Of a stretch of DNA of 64,000 nt, positions 1-15,514 are shown one piece after another; position 1 is the stretch's first letter, and each line of letters opens with the position of its first letter. The position numbers and the translations under genes were made by a program. This stretch comes from Octopus sinensis. Taxonomy: Eukaryota. The stretch lies in NCBI RefSeq assembly GCF_006345805.1, contig NC_043009.1, forward strand, positions 49,724,001-49,788,000, read 5' to 3'. The notes beneath the pieces were generated by a model that did not search any database, was not told where the DNA came from, and was given only the letters and a program-made list of their open reading frames with translations.

Positions 1-1556
1 GTATTGAAAGATATGCGATCACGTTAAATCGGGTTAATTACTATGATGATCAATTCATATCCAGCTCTTCATTTTTGAGATTAAATGAAATCTCCAAACA
101 TCGACATAAACTGAAAGGAATTTAACCCGTTCCTACCCTGTCACCTGTTAATGGTTATACAGAAGTGGGGGTAGGAGAAAGGGGAAATAAGCTGAAGTAA
201 ATACATTTCGAATTTAACGCGAAACCAAACAGGTGACAAAGCAATTTAATTTACACGGAGTTGTCGAATTTCTCACTACTACAAAGGTAGACTACGGCAA
301 TACGACAGTCAACATTAAACACTCGGCTTTCTTTGATTATCCTACACATCTGAACTGGATGGATCTCTTGCACCTGACTGCATTGATTAAATCGAAACAG
401 GATCTCTTGCACCCGAACGCATCGATTAGATCGGGTTAATATTGGTAGCTTCTTCAATGAACCTTGAGCAATCGATTGGTATCGATTCTTAGAAAGTCGA
501 CAAAACAGTGTTAACTGAAAGGATATTGGAATGTTACTTGTGCCAAAAGAAGTCAGACCAAAATTTCCTCAAAAAACTAAAAAGTTGAAAAAAAAAAAGA
601 AATCTAAATAAATTCAAATAAAATAGCGAATAAGAAGAAAGAAGAAAAGAGACAAGAATTTTGAACTGACCCAGTCTTCTTATTACGTTATTCTGATTGG
701 CGTGTTACAAAACACAGAGTGAATTGTGAATTGGTAGCTGACATTAGCCCAAATGCTTTCTTTTATTCTCTTCGATTTCTTTATTCGTTTTATTTTTCTT
801 TAACAGAATATTAAAAATAGTTTTCGATTGACTAATCGTCAAAAATCTTAGTAAACACGCAACCATAATAAACTAGATTATATTTGACTTTAAAAAAAAA
901 ATCTAACTTTTTTTTTTGAAATTCATGTGGTAGTACTTAGTATTAAATGGAAACCTCATGGTTTAAAGCCGAAACGATCAAAGAGAATGTTAAAGAAATA
1001 GAAACAAAAACAGAATAGAAAAAAAAAACATAACCTAACAGATCGATGGATACAAAGATATAAAAAGGTTTCAATGAAAGAATGATTATTCTTAATCTTA
1101 TGCATGAGAAGAAAAATTGATTTCTTCCCCAAAGAATCAAAATCGAACATAGTGAGAAAATGTTTTAATTTTTTTTTTTTCCTATATTTTTCTTTTCTGT
1201 TTTTGCCCATTTCTTCGTATGGAAAACTTGACATTGCAAGAACCGACAAAGCCACTGAATTGTCAGAATGGTTACATAGAGCAGCAGCACAAGTTTACGT
1301 AGCTCACAATATGGAGATGTATGTATTTTAAGATTCATCACACCGTCACTGATTTAGTGTTTTTTTCTTCTCATTTCTCTAGGGTCATTTTAAGGAACCA
1401 TACCTTTTATCTCTTTATCAAGCTATACATACACGCATATTTACATACATATGAATATACACGTACGCTCGTTTGTGCATATATATATGCCTATATGTGT
1501 GCCACACACCTGTAAGCATATATATATACACATATATACATATATTATACATATAA

Positions 1557-1780
1557 GGCGGCGAGCTGGCAGAAACGTTAGCGCGCGGGCGAAATGCTTA
1601 GCGGTATTTCGTCTGTTGTTACGTTCTGGGTTCAAATTCCGCCGAGGTCGACTTTGCCTTTCATCTTTTCGGTGTCGATAAATAAAGTACCAGTTTCGCA
1701 TTGAGGTCGATGTAATCGACTTAAACCCTTTGTCCTTGTTTGTCCCCTCTATGTTTAGCCCCTTGTGGGTAGCAAAGAAA
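1557..1780 (+). mobile_element. SINE family A monomer (tRNA-derived head, pol III A/B boxes)
   Basis: Head GGCGGCGAGCTGGCAGAAACGTTAG, B-box-like GGGTTCAAATTCC, tail CCCCTTGTGGGTAGCAAAGAAA. 21-bp TSD TATATACATATATTATACATA at 1533-1553 and 1781-1801. Near-identical copies occur elsewhere in the window. Confidence 0.93.
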
Positions 1781-2488
1781 TATATACATATATTATACAT
1801 ACACACACATACATATATATACACATACACACACATACATATATCATGCAGCCATCAGCCAGAATGCTTGGCAACAACAGAGAGAATTTCTAATTAGTGT
1901 CTAACAAATTTGATACTAATGCGCACACGAATACTCACATACTTATACCATATTTATTTTGATTTAATTGTGTGCGCACACACACAAAGAAAATACAAGA
2001 ATTAAGATAAAATTGACTTCGAAGCAGAAATAGAGACGAATGTTTAATTGGGCGTTTTAGTCCCTTTCAAAGTCAAATCTAAATCCTTCCGCCTTTTGAC
2101 GATACGGGACTAAAAAAAAAAAAAACGAACTAAAAATAGTTTCAAAAACAAGTCTCAGATATCACAACTGATGGATGGTTATCAGTAAGAGTTTTGGAAA
2201 ATTCAGTTCGGCTATTTACTCTACAATGATACAACATCGAGATATCGCAATCACACAGCAGCTGTTTACAGAAAAATTCTCGAAGTAACTAAGAAAAAGA
2301 AGAAAAAAAATTGCTGAAGCTTAACAGAATGAACTTTTTGTTACGACCCTTTAACTGAAAAAATCTTTAACCAATTTGCGAATTTAATGTTTCTATACAT
2401 TACATTCAATGTCATTTCATAGTTTTATAGAACGAAACCCTAATCTGTGTGTGTGTACTACACACACATACACATATATGTGTGGTTG

Positions 2489-2529
2489 GATAGACAGACA
2501 GATAGATGGATAGAGACAGACAGACAGAC

Positions 2530-2589
<60 letters not shown>

Positions 2590-2611
2590 TGATAGATGGA
2601 TGGATGGAGAT

Positions 2612-2709
<98 letters not shown>

Positions 2710-2712
2710 GAT

Positions 2713-2792
<80 letters not shown>
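2489..2792. repeat. (GATA)n/(GACA)n/(GATG)n compound microsatellite
   Basis: Direct reading; explains the IYLS ORF 2458..2799. Confidence 0.97.
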
Positions 2793-5392
2793 TTAACATT
2801 GTGTACTTATGAGAGAGTGTTTACTTGCATATCGTTTGTTTGCTTAGCAACAGTGGAGAAAATATAGCCACCAGAATGACAAGGTAGACATATGCAGATA
2901 GGGCAAAGTTTTTCTCGTACTCTCCGGCCACTTCATCAAGCGGCCTACTTTTAAAGGGAAAGGAACAGACACTGAACGGGAAGTACACAATCTACTTTTC
3001 CTTTCTTACCAACATATTTATTCTACGACGGTTCCCTGAGGTCAAAAAATGCAGGCCTTTCATCCACACACGGACACAGAGGTCAAGCGGGCATGAGACC
3101 CATTAGCAGCAGTAATAAACTTCCTTTTCACAATGTCTGTCGCTCGCGACTTATCAGAGTGACTAAACAATGTTTAAGGGTCTGATATCAGCTGTCGTCC
3201 CGTTTGGAAGGCACGTTCCCTATTTAGCTGTTAATACCTACCGTGTTGTAGTATTTAGTTTTCAGAACATTGTCAAATATTAAAAAAAAAAAAAGAAAAC
3301 TCCTTTACGGCGACAACTACTTCCCCCTACCATGTCAGGACTCACTAATTGCTTCCAACAAGAATTCCTTTTTAGTCAAGCTTGGGACAATAAGTATTTC
3401 TTTACACCACAGCCATGAATCTGCGCCCGATCGAGCGTGTGTGTGTGTGTGTGTGTGTAAAAGCAGAAATGGGAATGAGAGAGGTTGTAATGTTCAAAAC
3501 TATTCCGAGGTGAAGGTAAACTAACCTCAAGCCATATCGTCTGTTATTCAGGTTGAAATCTTTAGTGAAGCGGATGAGGTTTTCTGAATTAGATATGAAG
3601 AAGCCCTGGGGCTAAAAAGTATGAAGACTGAATGAGCTAAGCTTCTTATCTAAGGTGATACGAAACCCGCAGCAAAGGATTTTAAGAGTTCGCCAACAGA
3701 GTTTATCCACTCGGTTGTTCTACTCCCACGGAAGTCCATACTGAATAATAAATGAGCCAGTGCACACAAAGTACTGAACTATTTATAAGTTATGAAAACA
3801 AGAGTTTGAGGCTATTTTAGGGAATTCGCTTCATTTGCGAAGGTTTCATATTTCGGACATAATAGACAGCAAGGCTGCTTTCCGACATAAACTTAGCTAA
3901 TATTTGTTTGAACCAGAAGAGCATCTTAAGATTTATTTTACTGCATGCACAGACAGGAGAGAAAGAAAGAGAGGGAGAGATGAAGAAGGAGAGCTTCCTT
4001 TCCTTTTCTTGTCAAACAACAATATTAACAGTTCTCTCAGAAAGGACTCTACCGTCTTCACTACCTTACCCACAACACTGATAAGGCCTCTTTTCCGGAA
4101 GAATATGGTTTCTAGCTCAAGCAATAGCAGCTAGCCAAAGCCAGACATTAACCAACGACTAAGAGTTGAGAACGAAGCGGTAAAGTAGTTTGAGAAGGTT
4201 AAACAAAACCGGATTTCTCCGTATCGATTATGCATGTTTATTTTTCAGATGGATGTGAGGATTGCGTAAAGATTTGTGGAGACCTTATTTATTCAAGGTT
4301 TAAGCACTGCAACGATCTCGAATGTAATATCAGGGGAAAGGGGAAACGGGGGGTGGGGTGGACGGCGGAGAAAGGGAAGGCGACGGAGGAGGAACAGCGA
4401 AGCAGAAACCTTAAACGATCTGTAGGTTTTACTAGCTCAACTTACACAATTGTGAAACCTAGTAAAAACAACAAACAAAAGTTTCGCCTCTTGCCTTGTA
4501 TTCAGAAGAAATGAATCTATCACAGATAATGACAGGTCGACAGTATTAAATATTAAATTTAACCCATTGGCTTCCTCATTAATTACGAAAACCAAATAAA
4601 TTCTGTAATAGGCTTTTCTATAACATTTCTAATGTCCACAACGACGACAACAGCAACCAAGAAACGTGTCCTACGTTGTGATAATGGGAAGGTGTGAGTG
4701 GGTAGATGGACTGGGTGTTGGAAGAGACGATCAGAGATCGAATAAGAGGAGGTAGAAGTTTTGCCAGATGGGTTAGATTGAATCTTTACTGCAATCTATA
4801 ACATCCCCAGCATCACTTAGAGGAAATCAGTTTATATGATGGACACAAGTGTATATATAATAGCTAATGTACCAATGCTACGGTGAACACCTCAGCTTTA
4901 TGGTATAGCGAGAAACTACAAACTGGAGGGAACCTTTACGTGATCGCCCAGCAAGCTAGAGAAAGTAGTTAAATGTCCTTCAAATAAAAACATTTGCTGT
5001 CTTAAATGAAAAAGACGAATCCAAAATTATAAGAAGGGTTCGTCATGACTGAAACACCATTGATCATAATGTTTGCGCGCCCAAAACGGATCTGAAAACA
5101 AACAGCAATTAACTCTCCAGTTCGAAGAAGGGCATCAATAAATATATAAAGAAAATAGCAACTAGCCAATATAACTTCCCTCCTCACTCAGCCCACATAC
5201 TCTTGAATCTCATTATACACATAAATTGACAATAAATTTAACTAGATATTATTTTCTTGTCTTCATCCTCTTTAGATATATTTGCATCATCAGTTTAACC
5301 ACAAAAAAAAGTGATACTTTTTCAACGATATAAATCCAAACAGCAAATATCGCTCATGTATTCTTTCATAAGAAATGACAGAAAACCAGTGC

Positions 5393-5430
<38 letters not shown>

Positions 5431-6013
5431 GAAAAATTCTTTTGGAAATGTATGACTCATTTAGAGTTGTGCTAACTTTGACTAAATGACGGTTGACAAA
5501 GATCAACAACACACACCCAGATACATACGTACGTCCATACATACATACATACATACATACATCAACGTTATAAATGAAGGTACAAAAATGAAAAACAACA
5601 CAAAAAACACACGTGGAGGAAAATTCCAAAATGACATCGTCAAATTGTTCAAGGAACTTATGCAATGCTGTGTGCCGCCAACAATAAAAGACACTCATTA
5701 TATAGGAGTCAGGGAAAAAAAATACCCCAAAACTAAACGAACGAACAAAAAAAAAGCGAAAAAATATCCCAAGAAGATGGCGTTATTAAACTCTCCGTTT
5801 GTTTAGTGAAAACTACGTATGGATGATTGACAGCAGTTGGTCTAGGGTGAAGAATCGTGAAACGACAATATAAACTGGATAGAGTTGGATTTAAAAACAA
5901 ACAAAAGTAACTAACAAATAGTAAAAAATAACTTGCTAAGGTCTCAAAGCTAATAAGTCAAGATGAATTTAGCTTTTAATATCATTTTCTTCCCTCAGAA
6001 GAAGCTGAGACAA

Positions 6014-6060
<47 letters not shown>

Positions 6061-7415
6061 GTGTGAGAGAGAAAGAGTGTGTGTGTAAACAACCTGAAAG
6101 AAAAAAAAAAAGGTGGTTTCCATTTTCTTTTATTTTTATATAATGTTCATGTATTTTATTTTTAATTTTTTTCTTTTCCTTTCCAAACCTTTCCACCTAG
6201 ACCTCTACGTTTCTCCCTCTTCTTCAATAAATCATCCCGAGTTAAAATTCCAAGGGAAACCCCTCAGAAATAGGTTCAATAACCAACTCATCAATCAACT
6301 CTGTTTCGAAATCTCCTTCCTTCAGTTTGTATGGGCCCCGAACAATAAAATAAATAACTACCTCGCCTGCCCCCCGCCCCGCCCTCCACCGAAAACACCA
6401 ACAACATTAACAACAAAATCATTTGCAAACAGTGAAAGGAATTTAGCTTATTAAAGTGACTGGCTGAATATTTTGCCCAGGTTTTTACAACCACCCCTTG
6501 GGTCTTATGTATCAAGGAGGGTTGGCAGACATTCTCCAATGCCCCCCACCTCATTGGCGCAACACAATGACGTGGATTTTACATTAACATCATGCAGTTT
6601 AAACCATTGCCAAGGTTAAGGTGACAGGTTAAAATAGACTTCGCGCCGTCTTTGCTATCCTTGTCCGCCTCCATTCTCTCTCTCTCTCTCTCTTTCTCTC
6701 TTTTCAAAGCAAAGATAGAGGTTGGCCCTTTCTCGGTACACAGACACACATACACACGTGTGTGTGTGGGCAGCTGTATGCGATGGTTGATGTTCATGTA
6801 GATATTAAGATCTTTCGAAATTCAATAGCCACTACAAAATTCTGAAACCGCTACCTCCTCTCCCACCAAAAAAAGCCTGCCAACTTGTAGGGATCAATTA
6901 ATGTAGCGCCCGCATGGTCTTTAGATTCAGAGATAAACAGATTTAACGACAGAATCTAAGGACAAATGCTTATGTCTGATATAATATGGGTAGGCGTCCG
7001 ACTAAATAACCCACCCCGTCCTTTTTGCGTTCATTTCGTGAGCATTGCTCATGAGCAGATGTTTATTTGCATTTCGACACGTCTTCGTCAAGTTTTCAAC
7101 ACCTGGATATTAAAAAAAAAATTAAATAAATATAAATATAAAACTCGCGCACACACAAGTAGCCATCAGCCCGGAATACTTACTGCGCGAGTACACACGC
7201 ACGTGTGTGTGTGTGTGTATGAGAGAGAGAGAGAGAGGGAGAAAAAGAGAGGGAGAGAAAGAAAGAGGGAGAGAGATTAGCTTATCTTAAGTAGTCATAA
7301 GTATGTTAACATAAGTTTCGTGAAAACCTTTCATGGAACATAAACTAGAAGGGAGAGAGAGAGCCCGATTCTCTAAATGAATAAGGACCAAGTTGCACAT
7401 AAATCCATATACACA

Positions 7416-7451
<36 letters not shown>

Positions 7452-7454
<3 letters not shown>

Positions 7455-7646
7455 TTTACTCGTTTCAGTCATTTGACTGTGGCCATGCTGGAGCACCGCC
7501 TTTAATCGAGCAACTCGCTCCCGGGACTTATTCTTTTTGTAAGCCCAGTAATTATTCTATCGGTCTCTTTTGCCAAACCGCTAAGCAACGGGGACATAAA
7601 CACACCAGCATCGGTTGTCAAGCAATGCTAGGGGGACAAACACACA

Positions 7647-7696
<50 letters not shown>

Positions 7697-7863
7697 TACG
7701 ACGGGCTTCTTTTTCAGTTTCCGTCTACCAAATCCACTCACAATGTTTTGGTCGGCCCGAGGCTATAGTAGAAGACGCTTGTCCAAGGTGCCACGCAGTG
7801 GGACTGAACCCGGAACCATGTGGTTGGTAAACAAGCTACTTTACCACACAGCCACTCCTGCGC
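7452..7863 (-). mobile_element. SINE family B, full length, with internal (TA)n
   Basis: Reverse complement of head GCGCAGGAGTGGCTGTGTGGTAA...GGGTTCAGTCCC, CORE-like ACCTTGG(A)CAAG and tail GGCGGTGCTCCAGCATGGCC-CAGTCAAATGACTGAAAC. Confidence 0.93.
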
Positions 7864-9321
7864 ATATCTTACTTTTGGAAAGAAGTTTAATCAAATTGTT
7901 ATTTATAAATTCCAGGCTAAAATTACATTTTCAAGTACGTTATTATTCATTAAAACAGCCACTTAACATTATATTACGGACAAAGTGGTCACTTGAGTTG
8001 AATCTTGTATATGGAATTTGGTGTTAATTTCTGTTTTCCTGAATGACTCTAACCAGTGTTTTTCGTACGCCGCCCATTATTTCACGTTCTTTTCACTTTG
8101 GATTATTTCTATAAAATATATGCGGACATGTAGAATATCTTAATAGAGTAGTGTTAAAAAGAAAAAAGAGCTCTCGATTGGCCGAGAGAGAGCAATATAT
8201 GGTTTCAATTCTTCTAAGTGGAAGCTCGTCTCTTAATTTACTCTCTACTCCGTTAATGCTCAATGAATGTATGAATGAATGCCGCAACCTTTTATTCTCT
8301 GTCCTCACTGAGTTAGAGCGAGCCAGCGAAAGAGAATGTATTTTGGTTGTTTGAAATAACAGGCAAAACTCAAACAAATCCCACCTCCACACCCGTCTTT
8401 TAAAAACAGAACACTTCAATGTTAGGCAACCTTAAAAAGACTGGATGATCAAGACCAAACAAATTTAATACCTGCTCTATAACTTAACACATTACCATCT
8501 GGTAAAGGCTTTCATTTTCCTCTTTTCATAAAATAGGGAGATATTTTGCACAAATCGACACTACCCATCTGTCGTTCTGTCAAATCGTTGATTACAACCA
8601 CAATTAAATCTTCAGTGCCAAACGAATTATTTCGGATACGAAATCATGAAAACTGAAGAAGGCTGGATGAGGTTAATACGGTACGTTTCCTAAAAGGTTT
8701 GGATAGAATGAAATAAATGAATAAAATATTTACGTAAGCGAACCAACAAACAACTCAACCCATCAATGAAGACAACTTCCACACATTATCTAACATAAGA
8801 TAACTAAGTTTACCACCATAACCACTGAAGACAATAGCATCACCACTCCGAGTAATGCGACGTAGATAATGTGAAACGCCTTCCTACGTATCCACTCCAG
8901 AAAAATTACAATATTTGTTTGTTTGCTTTATTGAAGTAATATCAAAAATGCATATAATAAACTAAATAGTAGTAAAAGAGAAATATGGTTGGAGCTGTAA
9001 TAGTCATGTGACAGTCTAAAAACAAATAAAGCAAAAAGGTAAATCTAGGTTATAACACAACGAACAATAGCTATCCATTAGTAGCAGCAAATGCTCTTGT
9101 AGTAATATTTGGTTATTGACTAAAAGGTTTTCTTTACCAACCACCATCACAAGCATTTCCTCTCTTCTTTTTCCTCTCTTCGCCACCACCACCACAAAGG
9201 GAGAGAGAGAGAGAGAGAGTGAGTGAGAGGGAGATATATATGGAGAGAGAGATGAACAAGAACGGATGCAGAGAAGTCAAACAACAATAATAATATCAAT
9301 AATAGCAATAATAATGACAAT

Positions 9322-9362
<41 letters not shown>

Positions 9363-10171
9363 AAGTGAATAACGATCGTGTCTAACCGCATCATGCAACA
9401 GTAATAACAATCAGAAAGCAGTGCTGCACTGAATTTCTTTGCTGACGGTCCTATTTCAAGCAGAGACACTGACGAATTCTTCAGATTGTAACAGAGAAAA
9501 GCTATTTAATCCGAAATGCAATGTCACGCACAGAAACATTAACAGAATAGGAAAAAAAAAAAAAAAAAAAAAAAGGAGTAAAAAAACAACAACAATAACA
9601 ACAATAACAAAAGGTAACCAAGCAAACATCAAAACGTAATATTAAGGTAAAAAGTATCATTAACAACAATAACAGCAGCAGCAACAACAATAACAACAAC
9701 AACAACAAAAATTCATCAACTCTTTCCTGATGAATGTTAATATTTATATCATATCATATCATAATTAGCATTTTTACATCACATGTTATTTCCATTTTCA
9801 CTATTTATTTATTTATTTATTTATTTATTTTAATATTAAACATTAGCTTGGCGAAAAATCTTTTTCGTTCTTTCATTTGAAATTGATAAAAGTTTATTAT
9901 TATTATTATTATTATTATTATTTATTTTTCTTTTGTTGTAAAACTCTGTAAAATTCATTTTCAAATGTGTATGTGTGTGTGTGTGAGTGAGTGTGTATCT
10001 ATATGTATGTATGTATGTATACAAACATATATAGTTATATAAATATGTATTTATATACACATATGTATACATACAAATATATATATAGCTATATATGTAA
10101 ACACACACACACATATATATAGATATATATGTATTTATAGACATATATGTAAACACACACTCACATATAGC

Positions 10172-10248
<77 letters not shown>

Positions 10249-11564
10249 TGCGTGTGTAACACTTCTGTATGGTAGGAAAGCAAATGTAACTTAGATGCAT
10301 GCACACACACTGCTTATAAACAAACATGCAATTGCATTATGGGAAAAAAAAAAACTAAGATGAGAATTCTGAGAAATCTAAACTGGATAAAATAAAAAAA
10401 AGACGAATAAATAAGAATAAAATCTAATAGAACTGATAGAAATAGACCGAAATATTTGGAAGTTATGAAGAAATCGGTGGATCTTAACTAACCCTTTTAT
10501 TTTCATAATTTATTTGCTTTAACCAAAGATATTATTTTTTTTCTTTTTTACCTTCGCCACTTTTATGTTGCGTTATTGCATCGTGCACTTGATAACCTTT
10601 GCATCAAATCCGTCACAAACCTTCAACGAGAAAACATTTAAAGTTTGCAGCGCACTCCTCTCTCTCCGTCTCTCTGTCGTAAGCACATTCGCACCATAAT
10701 TCTACAGTAAAACACTGTCGAGCTTAGAGACATCGCTTTCCCGTATTAGCACGAAATGTTTATAGGAGTTTTGTGAAGAGGAGAATATAAGAGCAGTAGC
10801 CCCTTCTTTCAACCATCACCGCTACCACCATCATCATCATCATTTATTATCACTACTCTTATTTCCAACACAATAAAGGCACGAAAATAGCAACAGATTT
10901 TTTTTTTATTCTTCACATCTTCACAATATACATACGCAGATAAAATGCCTGCCAGGGGTTTACTAAATAAATGGCTAAATTATATGGCCCTTCTTCCGTT
11001 CCATTAGAAATTACTCGCTGTGTGAAGATTCTTTTTTTTATAGACTGAACGAACAAACGCAATTGGAACTGCGTCTAGCTACTTACATTTCTCGGAACAC
11101 GAATCGGACTGTGTCCCAACGCACACACATATACACACACAATATCGACTTGCTAGATCCGGTGAGGTTAAGATTACATATTATTGCCCAGCTATGGTTC
11201 TTTCTGATTTAAAGAGCTTCAACCAACGTGTGCCATTGTGGAGATAAATCCCAGAATACACTATTCTAAAGAGTCGACTGACCTCCATATAAATGTACTA
11301 TCGACATGCAACGAACGTATCTGAAAGTCAGAATTTTGATATATATATATTCCTGAATTTCATTGTAGCTAGTTGCTTTTGCTTTTTGTTGTTTTTTTTT
11401 TTTTTTTTGGTTTGTTACTCATACACAAAGAAGTTTGGAAAAATAAAATAACATGGGAATCCCAATTGTTATCTCTAGCCAATTTCTTCCAAGCCATCGA
11501 AACATAATAGGGCTTTAACAACAGAGAACGAAGAAAAAAGTCAAATAGTAGGCGACTACACGTA

Positions 11565-11697
<133 letters not shown>

Positions 11698-12885
11698 AGA
11701 GAGATATACTAGGATTCGACTCAGAAGAGTGGCACATTAAATTACATAAGAAATTAATATGTATTCTATCATACATAGGGGTCATGAAAGGGTGAAACCG
11801 ACCTTTCCTTCGTTAAGGTAAGTAAAATAAATCGAAGAACAAAATTGAGTACTGTAAGGTGTCTTTTCATGTTGCTGTAACTACTGCTTTCAAGAATTCG
11901 TTAAACAATAACCAGGAGAAAGAGAGAGAGAGAGATATTAGAAAGAGTAAGATTTTGTGCGGAATTCGTGTTGAGCTTTAGAAGCCTAAAGGCCGAATGA
12001 GTGCTGAATGCAAATGTGGTGTTTTATCGCCCAGGACTTATGATAAGAGTTTTAGGATGGAGAGGATAAATTTGATAAACTATCTAGCAATCTCTGCGGT
12101 TGGCTCCAGGTCAATTCTATATCTTGCAAAGAGATGAAGTAGAAACTAGTGTGATGTTACAAGGCAAAGACCACGTTCAATGAAACATTAGTCTTTGCTT
12201 CATCACACGGCACGCGAACATGCACCTCTTTTGTTTTTCTTTCCAATCCGATTCATCAACTGACCTACCAACCAATTCCAGTGACTATTGTTGTTTATCT
12301 CTTGACAAGACACGCGTGGTTGCTTTATGTTTTCTGTGCACCAGACTGCCGGCTGCACTTTTAGAAGATCGCGAGCACGGACGTCCGTCCTTTGAAGGAT
12401 AATCCCTGTTGACCTCGGGTGTCAGCCGATCAGCAAATAATAAAGGAGGGCTTTGTAGTAGCGTAGTAGTAAATTCAAAATAGCCAAAAGGAAAGAAGGA
12501 ACATTAAGTGAGCAAGCACATAGGATGAAGCTATAGATCTGCAAGAAGAAAAGATTGCTTTCTAATAGAATCGGTAAAACAGAAATTTAGATCAGACAGA
12601 GACAACTGATATAATCAGGAGATGTGAAGGATGAATGATTAACTAAAGTTTTAACGTCTCTAGGTTAGATGATGACGATGACGACGATAAACAATGGTGA
12701 TGATGATAAAAGATCATTACGTCGATAATGATGATGATGATGACGTATATTATACTTGCAATGCATAATTGCTGTCTTTCTAGCATTGTCGAATCATCGC
12801 AAAACCGGATCTTTGGGTTCGTAATGCTGCATTCTTGGCAATAAATTCTCTTAATTTTCTCCAGGCTTCTCCCTTTGTATGTAGT

Positions 12886-13190
12886 TGTTGTTTATCACTA
12901 GGTCAACCCTGATCAAACAGACCTCTATGATCAAAAGCATTCCGGCCGTGACCATACTGTCTTTTTATGGGTGTGTTGTACTATATTATCTGTGTCCTTA
13001 TATAAGACGACAGGAGGGTAAATTAGTTGCGATCTTTAACAGATTGAGCGACAATGTAAGAGATTGTCTTGTTAGATGAAAAGAAAAAATGAAATATATT
13101 CAAGAGGGAGGGAGGGAGTTGGCGAATTTCTGTCTTTGGCAACTATTCCTAGCATATTGAGGTCTTACGCAGAGGCTCCTTTATTTGCTC
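12886..13190. mobile_element. Decayed dispersed repeat (family D; class not determined)
   Basis: The motif (C)AGCCGTGACCATCC recurs near 12945 and at 36079, 41570 and 58761. The motif GCTATTTCTAGCAGGTCGAGCGACC at ~58663 has decayed relatives near 4930-4980, 13140-13190, 44880-44940, 53070-53100 and 63420-63470. Confidence 0.5.
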
Positions 13191-14578
13191 GCTATTTCAG
13201 CTGTTAATATGGAATATTAACAGCGCAAACCTATCGAAGATCGAACGTATTCTAATCATAACCAACCGATCAGTCTTTTCTGACTACAGTATCCAAAGCT
13301 TTTCTTTTTTTTTATATTTTGTAATGGGATGAAATGTGGTAATTTGGCTCTTATTGCTAGTAAGATCGAGCTACCATGTCGAGGCTTCTCTTTAAAAAAA
13401 AATGGTTAAGTACAAGCGAAAGGGGTTAGAGAATCAGACGTATTTTGTATCTTAACCAAAGCCTGCTATTCGGTTACAAGCACAGCTACATGCCAAAACA
13501 GAGTGGTATTCTTTGATTTACGTGTTGGAACATAGAAATAAAATTAGAGGAATGTCGAAAAAAAAAAAAAAGCGAGGGTGCATGATTCATTCATAATCAC
13601 GATGAACATTGTGTGTACGTGAAAGTGTGTGCGTGTGCATGTGTGTATATGTGTATGTATGCGCCTATAGGCATGCTTAAAGCACGTGAACTACTGTAAA
13701 GTTATGATGCACCGAAAAGGCCCGACTGTATTGTGAAACAGGACAGCATTATACATACGTGTACGTATATATGTATGTGTGCTTGCATGAAAAATGAATT
13801 GTGAGACCGGTTCAAGGGGCTGATGAAAAAAAAAACTGAATAAATCTAACCAACAAACGAACAAAAAGAATCAAAATAAATGAAGATTAAGAACAGGGTG
13901 GAGAGAGAGAGAGAGGAGAGAGAGAGATGGTGATTAAAGTAAGGGAGAGCGAGATGTTGTGTGGTGTGTGATGTGGTTGTGGTGGTGGTGGTGAGTATGG
14001 AAAGCTAGGAACGGGCGCGATTGCTTGGGAAGACCGTAATTCTTGGTCCCGTATCAGCTGTCAAAGTTCGAAGAATCATAAATGAATTGTGAAAATGAGA
14101 AAGAGACGGAGAGAGAAAGGGAGAGAAAAAGAGAGGGGGGAGGAATGAGAAGGAAGAGAGAAAGAGAGAGGCTGGGAATGACAGAGACAGAGGTCAGAAA
14201 AGTGAAAGAGGAGAAGGGCAGAGATGAGAAAGGCAGTGGGGGGCCGAAGGGTGATAGTGAGAGAGAGAGAGAGAGAAGGAAGAGGGTGGAGTAAACGAAG
14301 AAACCGAATAAAACTGAAAGAGAAAAAAATGGTTAAGGAATAAAAGAGCAAATGGGAAGAGAAGGCTGCAAAGAAAACCATTCTTCGGCGGCAGAGAGTG
14401 ACGAAGAGATATCAAATATATTTTGCCTTGACAGCTTCCATGACCAACGGGTCTTCTATTTATCAGTTAGGATCAGAGGAACTCTTCAACGGTTGAGGTC
14501 GTGACCATCGCACAAGAGAGACGAAAGGAAGAGGAGTGAGCAGGGAAGAGGCGTTAGTAGACTCACCAGTTTATATAT

Positions 14579-14621
<43 letters not shown>

Positions 14622-15418
14622 ATATAACCTTTGTCTCACTCCCTCTCTAGTCTGCAAATAGATAGAAATAACTCCGAATCTCGTAAAACGCATTCCATCC
14701 AAGCACGTCATTCAAAATAAATAATAATAATATTAATAATATATATATATATATATAATATATATATATATACATATATATATTTATACATATAGCCCCC
14801 TCTTGATCAGCCATAAAGCCACCCCGCCACTAACAAAACGCCCCACTAACAAAAAAAGGGGGAAAATACACAAAACAAACGGAGATAAAATAAAATCGGG
14901 TAGATAGGCCGTAACTAACTCCAACAGCTTCCCTTCAAATCAACCTAGTTGAAATAAAAGTGAAATAAAGTTGCATAACTGTCCAATTATGACTTAACAG
15001 CAAAAAATAACCGACACAGTAATCAAATTAGGGCCAGGAATACACATATATATTTTTTAAATAATGTTAACTAAAACAAAAAAATAAGACAAAAAAAAAG
15101 AACTTTTTCTCCTCTCTATAGAATGACATCACCAGAATCACCACCACCACCACCGTAACCATCAGAAACAATTTCAAAACAGCACCATCGTCGACAAGCT
15201 CATCACACCATAACCCGCCCACCCCCCTGCTGTTCAGCAGACCATGGAATCATTGAAACTCCACTTCAAAGTTGAACTTTAACAATCCGACAAATATTCT
15301 AGGAACTTCGTCTGAGTCACATAATGATGTTCAATGAAACAAATATTACTCGTGAACGTTGGCAGTAGTGATAGGAACTGTAGCATGAGAAGGGTCTTCT
15401 ACAATCTATTTACAGTTG

Positions 15419-15457
<39 letters not shown>

Positions 15458-15473
15458 TATATGTATGTATGTA

Positions 15474-15512
<39 letters not shown>

Positions 15513-15514
<2 letters not shown>

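Noticed and set aside
8654-8690. CTGAAGAAGGCTGG...ACGTT resembling a hammerhead-bearing repeat
   Set aside because: No GAAA and no 3' strand for stem II; the resemblance rests only on recall.
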